Assembly: GCF_006345805.1 (NCBI RefSeq)
Contig: NC_043002.1
Span: 61,938,001 to 62,002,000, forward strand
DNA: 64,000 bases
Direction of reading: 5' to 3'
DNA from: Octopus sinensis
Taxonomy: Eukaryota
Made by a program: the position numbers and the translations under genes. This document shows, in pieces, positions 52,446 to 64,000 of this stretch. The stretch's first letter is position 1; every line of letters begins with the position of its first letter. The notes under the pieces are model-generated. The model made no database searches. It was not told where the DNA came from and worked only from the letters and a program-made list of their open reading frames with translations.

Positions 52446-52665
52446 CGGTTTTTTTGACTATTATTAAAATTTTATGTATTGATTAAGTCTTTCTTGTTTG
52501 TTTTGCAAAATAGTGGTTTTGTCTCGAATAATATTTTATAATATTTTACTATAAATCGATTTAATCCTAAATCTGATTTTTTCCCTGTAAATTTGGATTT
52601 ATTCCCTAATATTTATTATATATATATATATATAGATATATATCATATCATATATATATATATAC

Positions 52666-52698
<33 letters not shown>

Positions 52699-52847
52699 TA
52701 ATATATATATATGGGTGTGTGTCTCTCTGTGTGTGTGTATGCACTTATGTATGTATATATATGCACGTATGTAAATATGTATATTTGAGCATGACTTTGC
52801 ATGTTATTGACCATCCGCACCTTGACATTCGGAGGTGGTTTGCTTAC

Positions 52848-52901
52848 GTCTCCCTTTGCAGATCAACAAAATATCGATAGAATGAGTACAAAACGGTGTC
52901 C
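52848..52901 (-). CDS. Candidate microexon (DTVLYSFYRYFVDLQRE), phase 2 to 2
   Basis: TCTGTAACTCAG acceptor, GTAAGC donor, 54 nt. Confidence 0.5.
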
Positions 52902-54098
52902 CTGAGTTACAGACGAGTAAAATATAAATGATGAAATGGTGGTTTCTTTGAAAATAATGTAAAAAAAAATGGTAGGGAAGACAAGTTTGCAATTAGTATA
53001 ATTAGTATTACATCGGAAGAGATGAATAAATGAATGTGGAGAAGGAAGAATAAAGACGGGATAAGAGAAGAATGAAGTAAATAAAGATGAAAAATGAAAG
53101 TAGAATGACAGGAAGAAAGGTCGGCTATAAGAATCTGTGTCAGCGTATTCACTCGATATAGAGCTTCTAAATTGACAAGAACGATAGGAGTAAACAAGGA
53201 AAAAATGAGTGGTTAAGAATTAATATCAGTTGAGAAAGAATTAATAAACATAATATTAATAGGACTGATTTTTTAAAAAGTAATAAAATGCGTAAGAATA
53301 TTAAGATAGAAAAATGTAAACAGTGAGAATATATATTATAAATATTATAAAAAAAGAGTCCTTAAACAAGATAACAGAGACACACTAACGTCAGCTGATA
53401 TATTTAACCTAAGGCAAAATATAATCCCAATGAGAAAGGAAAGACGCAAAATTGGTTGCTGCTGAAATGATAAGAATCAAATAATAAAGTGAAAGAATAG
53501 ATTGCCAAATGAGACTTTAGAGAAAGTAACGTTGCTCGGAATATTCGTTTTGAGAATACTTCCTCATAAGGTCACAAGGAAAATACGAGGCATATAACGA
53601 TCCTGTAAATTAAAAAAAAAATGTAGTTCAGTAGGTGAAACACTAAATTAATACCTGGTCGCCAAAGCAGACCATGTATTTTTTTCAGTAATTCGATTGC
53701 GGCCATGCTGGAGCACTCTATGGGAAGGTTTAGCTGAATAAATCGATCCCCACTGTTATATCTGTTACTTGCTATATCTTTTACTTTTTGTAGGATCACT
53801 AGGATCTGTCGACATAAATGAACCGATGCCAGTTTTCAGATGGTGAAGAGAAACAAGCACAAAACACACACATATAAACAATAGCATCCCAACACATAAA
53901 TTTGTATATACCTATATAATTCACGCTCTCTCGCTTTCTGTGTGTGTGTGTATATGCATTGTGGTGTAGGCCGGTGTATGGGGTTCTACTTAATTTCGAG
54001 CTCATAGGGGGTTTAACCTTACGGTGTATTTTCAAATCGCAAACACAACTGGCTGAAAACTCTTTGAAATGTGGAAGGGGGAAGTCTAGTTTTTGAAG

Positions 54099-54887
54099 GT
54101 AAAACCCTAAGTGATTATCTCTCTTTGCCTTCGTCCATCGATTTTCGGCCGCATCGCTGGCTATAACGACAATAGCAGCAGAACTGTCAGTGGCGATAGC
54201 ACTACCGTCCCCACCTCCACATCGTCCACCATCACCAGCACCAGCAGCCCCAACTCCATAAACAACAACAGCAACACCGGTGGCAGCAGCAACCCCGACT
54301 CCAGCAGCGACAACACCATAGGTGACATGGTAACGCCATTGGTAACGCCAGCTGCAACAGCAGCAACAACAGCACTAATAACAGCAGCACCTACAACAGA
54401 CGCAATGACAGCAGCAACAGGTGCAACGGCATCATGCCCCTATAGAAGTACATGGGGTGCACTGGGAGCTTTCTCAAACAGTGTATTTCTAATCCTCTGT
54501 CCTCTTCAGAGTCGGAGAAAGGAGATGCAGGATATCACTGGCCAGCCATGTCTGGTAATTAGGAGACAATGAGATTCCATAGTCGATCGCATGGAAAATA
54601 CTCGAGAACCCAGGCCCCTACTTGAACGGGACGAAGCGGTGCAACTTATACATTGCCGAACGCACGGAGATTCTTAAACACTAGCTTGTGCCAGGGGGCA
54701 TCATGAACGCCAGCATGGAGATTTTTCGGACCATGCCGGGCATTTTAGAATCCGCATGGCGGCACCACAGCCGGAAACCAATAGCCAAAGCTGAATGGAG
54801 ACAATCGTTTACATTCGAGGCGCTTTGGTGACCGCAGCCGACGATCCATGGACAATAGCAAAGTGAGATAATCACCTAGGGTTTTAC
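54099..54887 (+). mobile_element. Decayed Penelope 3' fragment (GIY-YIG remnant) with an inverted terminal copy at its 5' end
   Basis: KYMGCTG...HVW*LGDNEIP*SIAWKILENPGPYLNGTKRCNLYIAERTEILK at ~54445-54680. ~54-bp inverted repeats at 54099-54152 and 54834-54887. Confidence 0.8.
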
Positions 54888-55208
54888 AGTTAAAAACGAG
54901 GCTTTTGTCCCTCCCTATTTTGAAGAGTTCTCAAGAGAGCAGTGTTTGAGGTCTGAAGATACACCATAAACCTAAACGCCTTATGAGCGAGAAACGCGGG
55001 GTAACCCCATAAACTGGCCTACTCTACTATAATATTAACAGCCCTATCTTCTAGGATGTGCTTCTTCTCCGGATGTATGTATTTCTACAAATGAAAAACA
55101 GAAGATGGAACATACAAGAATTTATGTTAATCACAATTGTTTCGACACATCTAGCATCGATTTCTACTACCAGGTGTAGTAGGTGTATACCAGGTGTATA
55201 TATATGAA

Positions 55209-55330
55209 CTTTATTTAAAAGCAGCTGAAATTCAACAAAACCTGTTACTCGGAGTTTCTCGTTCCCGTTCGTCGGAACGTGAAACTCCGAGTAACAGGTT
55301 TTGTTGAATTTCTGTGGCTTTTAAATAAAG
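55209..55330. mobile_element. ~120-bp palindrome of PLE-terminus arms
   Basis: Arms 55209-55265 and 55274-55330 are near-perfect inverses. The minus strand reads CCGACGA-ACGGGAACGA-GAAACTC-C-GAGTA/ACAGG. Confidence 0.85.
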
Positions 55331-55449
55331 TATATATATTATATATATATATATATATCTATTATTATAATTATATATATAATATATATATACATATTAC
55401 TCTACCTCTGATATTTGAGTCCTCTTTTTTCCCCTTGTTTCACATTTAT

Positions 55450-56220
55450 GTGTTTACTCCTCATCTAACCTCCCCCCGACCCCTACTTCTCTTCAGTCCT
55501 TCATCCTTTCACCCCTACTCCTCTTCCCTTCTTCCCTCTTTCTCCCTCCCTCCTTCTTCCCTCTTCCGCTTCCCTCTCTCTCTCTGCTCCCTCACTCCCC
55601 TTCTCTCTCTCTCCCCCTCTCCCTCTATCCTCCCTCCTCCTCTCCCCTCCTCTTCTCCTCTCCTTCCTTCTCCCCCTTCCCCCTCTTCTCCCCTTTCCTT
55701 CTCCCCTCTTCTCCCCTTTCTTTCTCCCCCTCCCCCTCCCCTCTCTCCCCCTCATCTCTCCCACTTACCTCCCCCCTCTTCAATCATCTCCTCTCTCTAC
55801 ACTACACCATACGACTTTACACATCACATCATATATACATACACACTTCCAGACCTCTCATACGCACTAATACTCTCTCATACACACACACACACTCTTA
55901 TGTTGGAGCGAGGTCATTTAACCCTATTATCTCCCCTAATTTCGCTCTTGCGTCACACGTTTGATCTTTGACTTCTGGCCGAAATCAGATCGCCATGTTG
56001 ATTCGCTAGCCTCTGCACGCATTTTTTTCTCTCTTCTTTATGTGTTTCTTCTTCTCTGTTCTTTCTGTTGAAGAGCGTAGGCTCGAAACGTTAAAGACTT
56101 GTTTTATTTATATTTCCTGAGCGCCATACTAACAATTGTTTTTTTTTATTCCACCTGCCTTCGTCTTTTGTTTATTTCCTTAAACCTGCCTTCGTCTTTT
56201 GTCTATTTCATAAAGCTTCC
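55450..56220 (+). mobile_element. CT-rich tract and 3' terminus of a Penelope-like family
   Basis: Polypyrimidine tract, then sequence homologous (inverted) to 18445-18830, ending in (TA)n. Confidence 0.65.
56060..56097 (+). ncRNA. Hammerhead-like motif with CUGUUGA core
   Basis: TCTTT-CTGTTGA-A-GAGC(gtag)GCTC-GAAAC-GTT/AAAGA: 5-bp helix I, 4-bp helix II, palindromic AACGTT helix III. Confidence 0.55.
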
Positions 56221-56310
56221 CGTTATATATATATATATACATAATATATATATATGTATGTATATATATATATATGTATCTATATATATATATAATATAT
56301 ATATATAATC

Positions 56311-56346
<36 letters not shown>

Positions 56347-57052
56347 ATATATGTATGTGCGTATATGTATGTGTATGTATGCATATGCGTAAATGACGTT
56401 GTGTGTTGATCTGTTTGTACCTTTACTTTTGTAAATTTGAAATTATTAATCAGTTAAAATTTTCTCTTATCTTAACAAAGTTTATCTACATTACATCATG
56501 CCATAATGCTTTTAACAGAGCAAATATTTTACTTGAGGGAAGAATGACAGACTTTTCTTGTTGTTCAATCCTCTACGTGTGGCATCCATCTTGAATACCT
56601 GACTCTGCTTGTATTCTATTATGTTAATTTTCTTAGTACGAATTATGACAAAGATTAATGTTTGATTTATTGCCTAAACGAATTTATTTTACTTAACAAC
56701 AACAATGTAGCGAATAATTAATGAATGTATATATTATGCTTATGTTTAAAATTGCGCACGCAACAATGTAGAATGTATATATTTGAAAATGACGACAACA
56801 TAATTAAGTGCACCTAGTGCTCAGAGGAATAATGCACATCAAATAGTCGAATTTTGAAATATACTGACAGCATGGACACTCGCTTCATGAATGACAACTG
56901 AATTCAGAAAATCAGCGGAATTTCATGTCAGCAAGTACTTGAAATGCAAACGCAGAAAATCATAATTACGATTGATTGATGGTATGTAAGGAGATCTCGT
57001 ACATGGCTGTTCCACATAGGTATCGTTGACGTAAGAGTGAAGATGTTCTTAC

Positions 57053-57090
57053 GTTTTGTTATACAATATAAACTCCAATTCTATTTTTCC
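57053..57090 (-). CDS. Candidate microexon (GKIELEFILYNK), phase 0 to 2
   Basis: ATTTATTCAG acceptor, GTAAGA donor, open in one frame, joins 52848-52901. Confidence 0.5.
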
Positions 57091-57286
57091 CTGAATAAAT
57101 GCTGGCGTACATTCAAGCAAATGCACTGTAATGTTTTACTCTATGTAAACAGAAAACAATAGCTGATCATGCATAATTCTGAGCATGATACATGCTAACT
57201 TCTCTATGTTTACACACATACATACACACACAAACACACACACATACCTATATATGTGTGTGTGTGTTGTGTGTATATACAGTATA

Positions 57287-57323
<37 letters not shown>

Positions 57324-57360
57324 CTTATGTATATATATGTTTGTATATATATGTATATAT

Positions 57361-57410
<50 letters not shown>

Positions 57411-57546
57411 GCTAACACACACACGCACTCTCTCTCTCTCTGAGAGAGAGAGAGAAGAAAGAAATAGACCAATAATTACCAATGAGAACTTGATCATCCT
57501 TATATTTAAAAAATCATAGTTTAATTGTAGTTAAGTCTACCGATAC

Positions 57547-57571
57547 ATTATCCCTTATATGGATGGATAAC
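57547..57571 (-). CDS. Candidate microexon (LSIHIRDN), phase 2 to 0
   Basis: TTACAG acceptor, weak GTATCG donor. Bridges the phases of its neighbours. Confidence 0.35.
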
Positions 57572-57639
57572 CTGTAACTCATATTTTGCTTATATTATAT
57601 TATGTTATATATATTATATTATAGGAAATATCAAGACGA

Positions 57640-57800
57640 AGCCAGAACGAGTATTTAAAGTCATTTAGAATAATTTAATTATGGTAAAGTAAACTTGAAA
57701 TTTTACAGCTGTTTTGGGGATAACGCTAGAGGATGGTTAGCATGTCCCTGCACTGGTATTCCGTCATCAGGGACAAGGTATGAACATTTTAGACAGGGAA
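57640..57800 (-). mobile_element. Decayed PLE terminus with a degenerate hammerhead
   Basis: Minus strand reads CTGATGA-cggaata...ttatcccc-AAAAC-AGCT-GTA, with palindromic helix III and G12 lost. Confidence 0.55.
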
Positions 57801-58189
57801 ATTTACAATTTACAAGAAATAAAATTCACAAATTAGAAGGAATAAAATAGAAGAATAAAGAGTAAATAGAAGAATTAGTTAGAAGAATATAAGCAGGAGA
57901 TAATGTCCAGAAGTCATCTTTTTCTATAGGATATGGATGTTGGCCGGCACTTTCATGAAGGTTCAGATTTTTAAAAAAATCCCAGGTAAATCTAGGCAAT
58001 AAACCGATTTATGTCCATCATACTATCTCGCTCTTTATACACATTTACAATATGAACATATTATTTAAAACACTGCCAAAATATTTGATTAAGCCCCAGC
58101 AGAGCCGCTCTTCTATGAGTGAAAGAGGGAAAACAAAAAGATAAAGTATCTCCTACCGATGCACCTGTTGCTACAACCGTTGCGCCTTG

Positions 58190-58420
58190 TGCCGATCAAA
58201 TCCTTGTGGGTGGATTTAGTAGGCGGAAACTGAGAGAAGACCATCGTGTATGTATATATGTGCATATATGTATATATATTTGTGTGTGTTTCGCCTCACC
58301 ATCGCTTAGCAGCTGCTTTTCCTGTGTTTATGAACAACAAACTTAGGGATAGAATAAGTACTAGGCTTATAAAAGATAAGTCATGCGGTCAATTACTTCG
58401 ACTAAAGGCATTTAAATGGA
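58190..58420 (+). mobile_element. SINE family C, 3' part
   Basis: GTGGATTTAGTAGGCGGAAACTGAGAGAAGACCATCG and GATAGAATAAGTACTAGGCTT segments. Confidence 0.75.
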
Positions 58421-58466
58421 TGAAGGATTAACATTAATCTGATTCAATAAGAGCAGGTAGACATAC

Positions 58467-58521
58467 TTAGTATTTCCTTTTATTGATTTTAATCCTTCAG
58501 CTATTTCATGTTTTTTGGTGC
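58467..58521 (-). CDS. Candidate microexon (TKKHEIAEGLKSIKGNT), phase 1 to 2
   Basis: GATTGCAG acceptor, GTATGT donor, open in one frame. Confidence 0.45.
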
Positions 58522-59087
58522 CTGCAATCGACTATATTATTATTATTCAATTATTATCATTTTTAATAGTTACACTAGACAATAACAGAGTCAATAATAT
58601 CTTCGCAAATATTTTCTCCTGAGTTATTTGCTCCGTATATATATATATATATATATACACGAAAATAGCTTTTGTTTTCGAACATGATGAGTTGAAATCA
58701 CGAATAAGTTCCATTTGATAATGTTCATAATCGATTTTTATTCATATTTGCCGTGAGACTATTTGCAATTTGCGAGGCAGAATTATTTTCGTAAGATCGT
58801 TTATCACACAGTTGTGTCGTGTGTATATCTAAACTTCGGTATATGAAGTGATGCTGTCTTTCATTTACTGACACATGTTGAATTTTGGCACCCCCCCCCA
58901 CTACTTTTAAAGAAAGTGGCTGATGAAATTGTATCAGGAACTCTACTGTTTCAAACAAACAACAATCCGTAGGTAAAAACAACCCTGAAGCAAAAAGATA
59001 TTTTACAACATAGTCGTGTTTATTCTCTCTCGCTCTCATTCCAAACATATACATATTAATATGCATATATCTATTTACATACACCTA

Positions 59088-59125
<38 letters not shown>

Positions 59126-59134
59126 GTGTGTGTC

Positions 59135-59191
<57 letters not shown>

Positions 59192-59339
59192 TGTGTTGTG
59201 GTTTGTGTGTCTATTTATGTATCTCTCTCTCTATACATATATGTGTGTGTATGTGTGTGTTATATAGATCTATATGTAGATATACATATAACGTAAAATC
59301 AAGCAGCACCCAAAATTGTTCTCTTCATATGCAAATGAG

Positions 59340-60490
59340 CATAGGGTCGTTGTTCCACCGGTTGGTCCACTGATCGAGGGCAACGGTGTTCTCCAAGATG
59401 ACGCTAAATAATGGCAGAAGTACTGCGGTAACAACATTGTTCTGTCCTTTGTGATTCTACTGGCATTGACGCAAGGGATGAGAACGAAATCGATCATCAA
59501 CATATAATCTCGGACATAACCTTTCCTGTTTCAGACATCATAGCAGCAATAAGTGCGACCAAATATTATTCTGCTGTAGGCTCCTGATATATTTCTCGCT
59601 AGCTCCTGAAGGAATGTAGACACCAAGTAACAGTCCATATAACCAACCTCTGGAAAAAAAATTTAGACTCAGTTTATATAACGAAACAGCTCGTATCCCA
59701 GTCTTTCATCTCGGTTTTCAAACATCAAAACAGATCCCCCGCAGTCAACTATCGCCCAATCTCACTCACCTCCCATATCGTTAAAGTTCTTGAAAGGGAG
59801 GTGAAATCAAGGATAGCTGGCTTCCTGGAGAGCCACAATTTCCTAAATTCAAACTAGGATGGCTTCCGCTAAGGTAGGAACTCTTTAACACAGCTCTTAA
59901 TCCACGTCGATGTTGTGCTTAAAGCCTTGAGAACAGGTTCGAAATCTGAAGTCATAGTTCCACAGTGTTGATCACAATATTCTACTATCAAAATTATCTA
60001 GTGTTGTAATCCGTGGAAAACTACTAAACTGAGTATTTCATGGAGAACAGAAAACATGTTGTGATCGGTGGAATTCATTGAAGCCCAGGAAAAGTCACCA
60101 GTCGTGGGCCCGCTTCTGTTTATAGTTTATACAAACCACCTTTCCAGCGTCATAAAGTACAACAAAGTGAAAATATTCGCTGATGACACCAAGCTCCAGA
60201 AAATTATCAATGGAGAAGAAGACCTAACCGAAATCCAGTCCGATCCACATGCTGTATGGCAATGGATGACAAAAACAAAATGCAATTAAACGAGGGAAAA
60301 TTTAAGCTGATGCATTTTGGAAGAAAGACTCACACCATCACACCATCTAATAATATCAGAGACCTGGGAATAATTGCTGAAACAATCTCAGCTCGTGTGC
60401 TCACATCAACAATAAGGTCGATATAGCTCGTAGAATGAGCTCCTTGATCCTAAAAACCTTCTGGTTGAGAGAAGAGGCAATCATCATTCT
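59340..60490 (+). mobile_element. Decayed CR1-like LINE RT fragment
   Basis: NYRPISLTSHIVKVLER (~59750), GPLLFIVYTNHL and KVKIFADDTKL (~60105-60200), KFKLMHFGRK. Confidence 0.88.
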
Positions 60491-60565
60491 TCGAAATAAA
60501 GAGAGAGAAAAAAAAAACTTTTGCATTTAGCGGTCCATCACATATCTATCTATCTATCTACTATA

Positions 60566-60611
<46 letters not shown>

Positions 60612-60665
60612 CTATCTTCTTTCTCTTTCTTTCTTCTTCTTTCTTTCTTCTCTCTCTCTCTCTCG

Positions 60666-60699
<34 letters not shown>

Positions 60700-60893
60700 C
60701 TATATTATATATATACAAGTTCAGTAAAATTTAGATTCAGTTGAATATTGTACTTAAGTTAAAAGCACCAGAATTTAGTATTGTATTATCCATATTATGC
60801 AAAATAGGGTGATTATAATCAAAATATGCAAGAAGGATATCCAAAGGTATGCAGTGTGTGTGTGTGTGTGTATGTATGTATCACACACACATA

Positions 60894-60950
<57 letters not shown>

Positions 60951-61180
60951 GTGCGCCCGCGAGTGTATACATGCACACGTAAGTAAGATTATTTAGCTAG
61001 AAGAATCTAATTAACCCACGTGCCATCACATTCAATAGTTCCTAGATTTTCGATCAAACTCCTGCGGCTTGATATTGCACCGTTTAATATTGCATAGTTG
61101 TGCACACAATAACTATGCTTACCACTTACATCTCTGTACTGCTTCCTCACTATTTACACACACACACACACACTACGTAC

Positions 61181-61208
61181 ACTCATCAATATCATTCAAG
61201 TGCTGTCC
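61181..61208 (-). CDS. Candidate microexon (GQHLNDIDE), phase 0 to 1
   Basis: Very strong CATTTCCTTTGCTTTTTGTAG acceptor, GTACGT donor. Confidence 0.4.
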
Positions 61209-61629
61209 CTACAAAAAGCAAAGGAAATGAAGTATACAGGCATAGAATATACGAAACAGAGTCTAAAACATCTACGCACATGTCACTTGCGAATCGTACA
61301 TTTAAAACGACCTACTTGACTCCATCTTGTAAAATGGCAGTGATATATTGCTGCTCGCCTTTCCTTATCTCACTCTCATTGATCTCCCTCTCTATCCCTT
61401 TCTTTCTCACTCTCTCTTCCTTTCTCTATGATTATATACCACACAGGTTTTATTGTCACTATGTAGATTTAATAATATTTGTCTTTTAAGCGTTTAACTA
61501 AGCTCTTAGAGTTCTATATGTCGGTATTTTCCAGGTCATTCAACTTGTTCGTTAATCGATCTTGACTTTACATACATACATACATACATACATACAAACG
61601 TACATACATACATACATTCATACACACAA

Positions 61630-62385
61630 CCGCATGGTTCCGGATTCAGTCCCACTGCGTTGCACCTTGGGCAAGTGTCTTCTACTACAGCCTCGGGTAT
61701 ATCAAAGCATTGTGAGGGGAATTGATAGAATGAAATATATGTAAATGTTTGTCTTTGTCTACCATCGCTTGACCATCGATCCTGGTGTGTTTATATATCC
61801 GTAACCTAACGGTTTGACAAAAAAGAGTCCGCTAGAATACGTAGTAGGCCTACAAACAATAAGTGATCGATTCGTTGGACTAAATGTGGTGCTCCAGCAT
61901 GACCGCAGTCAATTGCCTGAAACAAATAAAATAAAATACACACACACACACACATACAAACACATACACACACATATATACAACGCGTTTCTCTCAGTTT
62001 TCGTCTACTAAACCCATTCACAAAGCTTTAGTCAACCCGAGACAATAGTAGAAGAAAGTTGCTGAAGATGCCACACAGTGGGACTGAACCTGGAACTTTG
62101 TATATATATATATATATATATATATAAAGACCTCCTTTTGTCATGAATGAACATGTGAGTGCCCTTAGAATGTTATCCTCCGAGGCACAAGTCCCAGGAT
62201 TGCCGTGTCCGGAAGATCACCCTTCCTTCTCCGCGCTACCAATACTATCTAAGGGCAAGGCAAAGACCGATATAGTTTTGCACCAGTGATGTCGCAGCTC
62301 ATTTCTACAGCTGTCAACTGGGACAGCATGGGTTAAAGTGTTTTGTTCAAGAACACAACACACTGCCTGGTCCGAGGATAAAACT
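61630..62385. mobile_element. SINE family C (+ ~61630-61930; - ~61990-62100) and a diverged minus-strand SINE (~62180-62385)
   Basis: CATGGTTCCGGATTCAGTCCCACTGCGTTGCACCTTGGGCAAGTGTCTTCTAC and its reverse complement. TTGTTCAAGAACACAACAC body. Confidence 0.8.
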
Positions 62386-62489
62386 CCTGACGTACATACA
62401 TACATATGCTGCAAGATCATACAGAGTCACACTTCTCACACACTCCACAAACGCGCAGAAGCAGACACACATATACTTGCATATATACT

Positions 62490-62534
<45 letters not shown>

Positions 62535-62541
62535 TATATAT

Positions 62542-62589
<48 letters not shown>

Positions 62590-63489
62590 GAGAGAGATAT
62601 GTATACACATACATATGTGTTCATATCTGTATTTATGTATTTGTGTTTTGTTTGTAAATAATAGAGAACATACCGTTGTTTAAAGCCAGACACTTTTAGA
62701 TAAGTTCATGCATTTGGTCTGGGATAAATTGTTAAAAAATCAGTCATAACGTTTCTCTTCTTTTTTTTTTAATCAATTCCATGACAATATATTTTTTTTC
62801 CCCGTTTCTCTCTTTTCCATTGTGTTTTAACTTCACCATTAATCAGAGTTAGAATACAAAATGGCGACCACATATCGCTTTTGGCATGCATTTATTTTCT
62901 TCTTGCCTTTGAATTTCCAAAATATTTACGTTTAATATCATAGCTTTGTATTTAATTTCAGCAAAGCATTAGTGATTAGATAAAATGTCGGATAATACTG
63001 CATTATATTATCATTTACTTCCAATTTAAATGATAACTCCTTATTGATTAAATCGTTATTTTTTTCCTCTCCGCCCTCCTCCTACATATCTATATAATTC
63101 TCCTTGCCTCTTTTGTTTCTCGTTTATGTATCATCCACTGCAATTTTAAACGAATTGGTATATATTTGGTGAGACGTAGTTAAATGTGAGTTTCAGTGAA
63201 CGTTTTTTCATTACGTCGAATATGGTTGAGTCAAGTATAATGGGTTCGTAAGTGATTTAATTAAAAGTTTGTCTAAAGAATATTTGTTTTGAAGGAAGAA
63301 TTTTGATTTGACTTTGCCAAAAATTACTATTCTACTTACGCAAAGCAAGTCATTAAGTGCTGAAAGTATATATATATATATATATAAAAGCAGGGTCTAT
63401 AAGGATTGTTTTTGATTTTCCTGATTTTTTTTTTTGTTCATTCTCAGTTAAATTTCTTCATGTGAATCATTATACTTACAAAGCAAGTG

Positions 63490-63880
63490 GCGGTGAGGTG
63501 ACAGAAACTTTAGCACGCCGGGCGAAATGTTTTGCGGTATTTCGTCTGCCGCTACGTTCTGAGTTCAAATTCCGCCGAGTTGCCCTTTGCCTTTCGTTAT
63601 TTCGGGGTCGATAAATTTAGTACCAGTTACGCACTGGGGCCGATGTAATCGACTTATCCCTCTGTCTGTCCTGGTTTGCTCCCTCTATGTTTACCCCAAA
63701 GAAATAAGTATCGTTAGTGCGCTGGGCGAAATGCTTTGTAGTATTTCGGCTGTCGCTCTATTGTGAGTTCAAATTCCGCCGAGGTCGACTATGTCTTTTC
63801 TCATTTCGGGGTCGATGAAGTAAGTACTAGGGTCGATCTAATCCACTGGCCACTGCCCACAAATTTCAGACATTGTGTCT
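63490..63880 (+). mobile_element. Two family A SINEs
   Basis: Family A heads and cores. Confidence 0.85.
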
Positions 63881-64000
63881 ATAGTAAAAAATGATATTTA
63901 CAAGGCATTGTCCATTTTAGACCTGATGTATGTTTTCTGTTTGAAATCACTAATTCTGCTACCAGCTATTTTTCAGTTATTTGTCTTTTATCGCTCACTT

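Larger units (their letters stand above)
52222..52615. mobile_element. Palindromic double-hammerhead mini-element made of the 45-kb Penelope terminus
   Basis: Left arm 52222-52363 is the near-perfect inverse of 52398-52540, with a 34-nt spacer. 52398-52615 matches 45173-45395. (TA)n on both sides. Confidence 0.92.

Noticed and set aside
54111-54572. 153-aa Ser/Thr/Ala-rich ORF resembling a mucin
   Set aside because: It is a low-complexity linker within a decayed Penelope fragment.
55279-55971. 230-aa Pro/Ser/Leu-rich ORF
   Set aside because: Translation of a CT-rich tract and adjacent repeats.
61178-61208. NDIDEC resembling the start of a calcium-binding EGF domain
   Set aside because: The following candidate exons lack the EGF cysteine pattern.

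Overview
AT-rich, microsatellite-dense eukaryotic DNA that I infer to be octopus (cephalopod), from its tRNA-derived SINE families and repeat landscape. There are no prokaryotic features, CRISPR arrays, rRNA genes or convincing tRNA genes. Most listed ORFs are microsatellite artefacts. The window appears to be the intron-rich body of a minus-strand gene of unassigned family, found as two phase-consistent chains of small exons: 61208-49319 (six exons of 25-55 nt) and 34785-430. The introns hold a decayed CR1-like LINE with CCCH fingers in its ORF1 region (about 12.3-18.3 kb), a second CR1 RT fragment, R4/Dong-like 3' ends in (TAA)n, Helitron-like fragments, a 6-bp-TSD MITE and many SINEs. The most striking signal is a Penelope-like element (PLE) system. 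It comprises a ~7.4-kb Penelope unit (RT + GIY-YIG, ~5-kb repetitive 3' extension, hammerhead-bearing terminus), a head-to-head composite of two Penelope pieces, and many short, often palindromic, (TA)n-flanked PLE terminal elements. These carry minimal type I hammerhead ribozyme motifs with canonical (CUGAAGA/CUGAUGA) or variant (UUGAAAA, CUGUNGA, CCGACGA) cores. Everything was read by eye, repeat boundaries are approximate, and no searches or folding programs were run.
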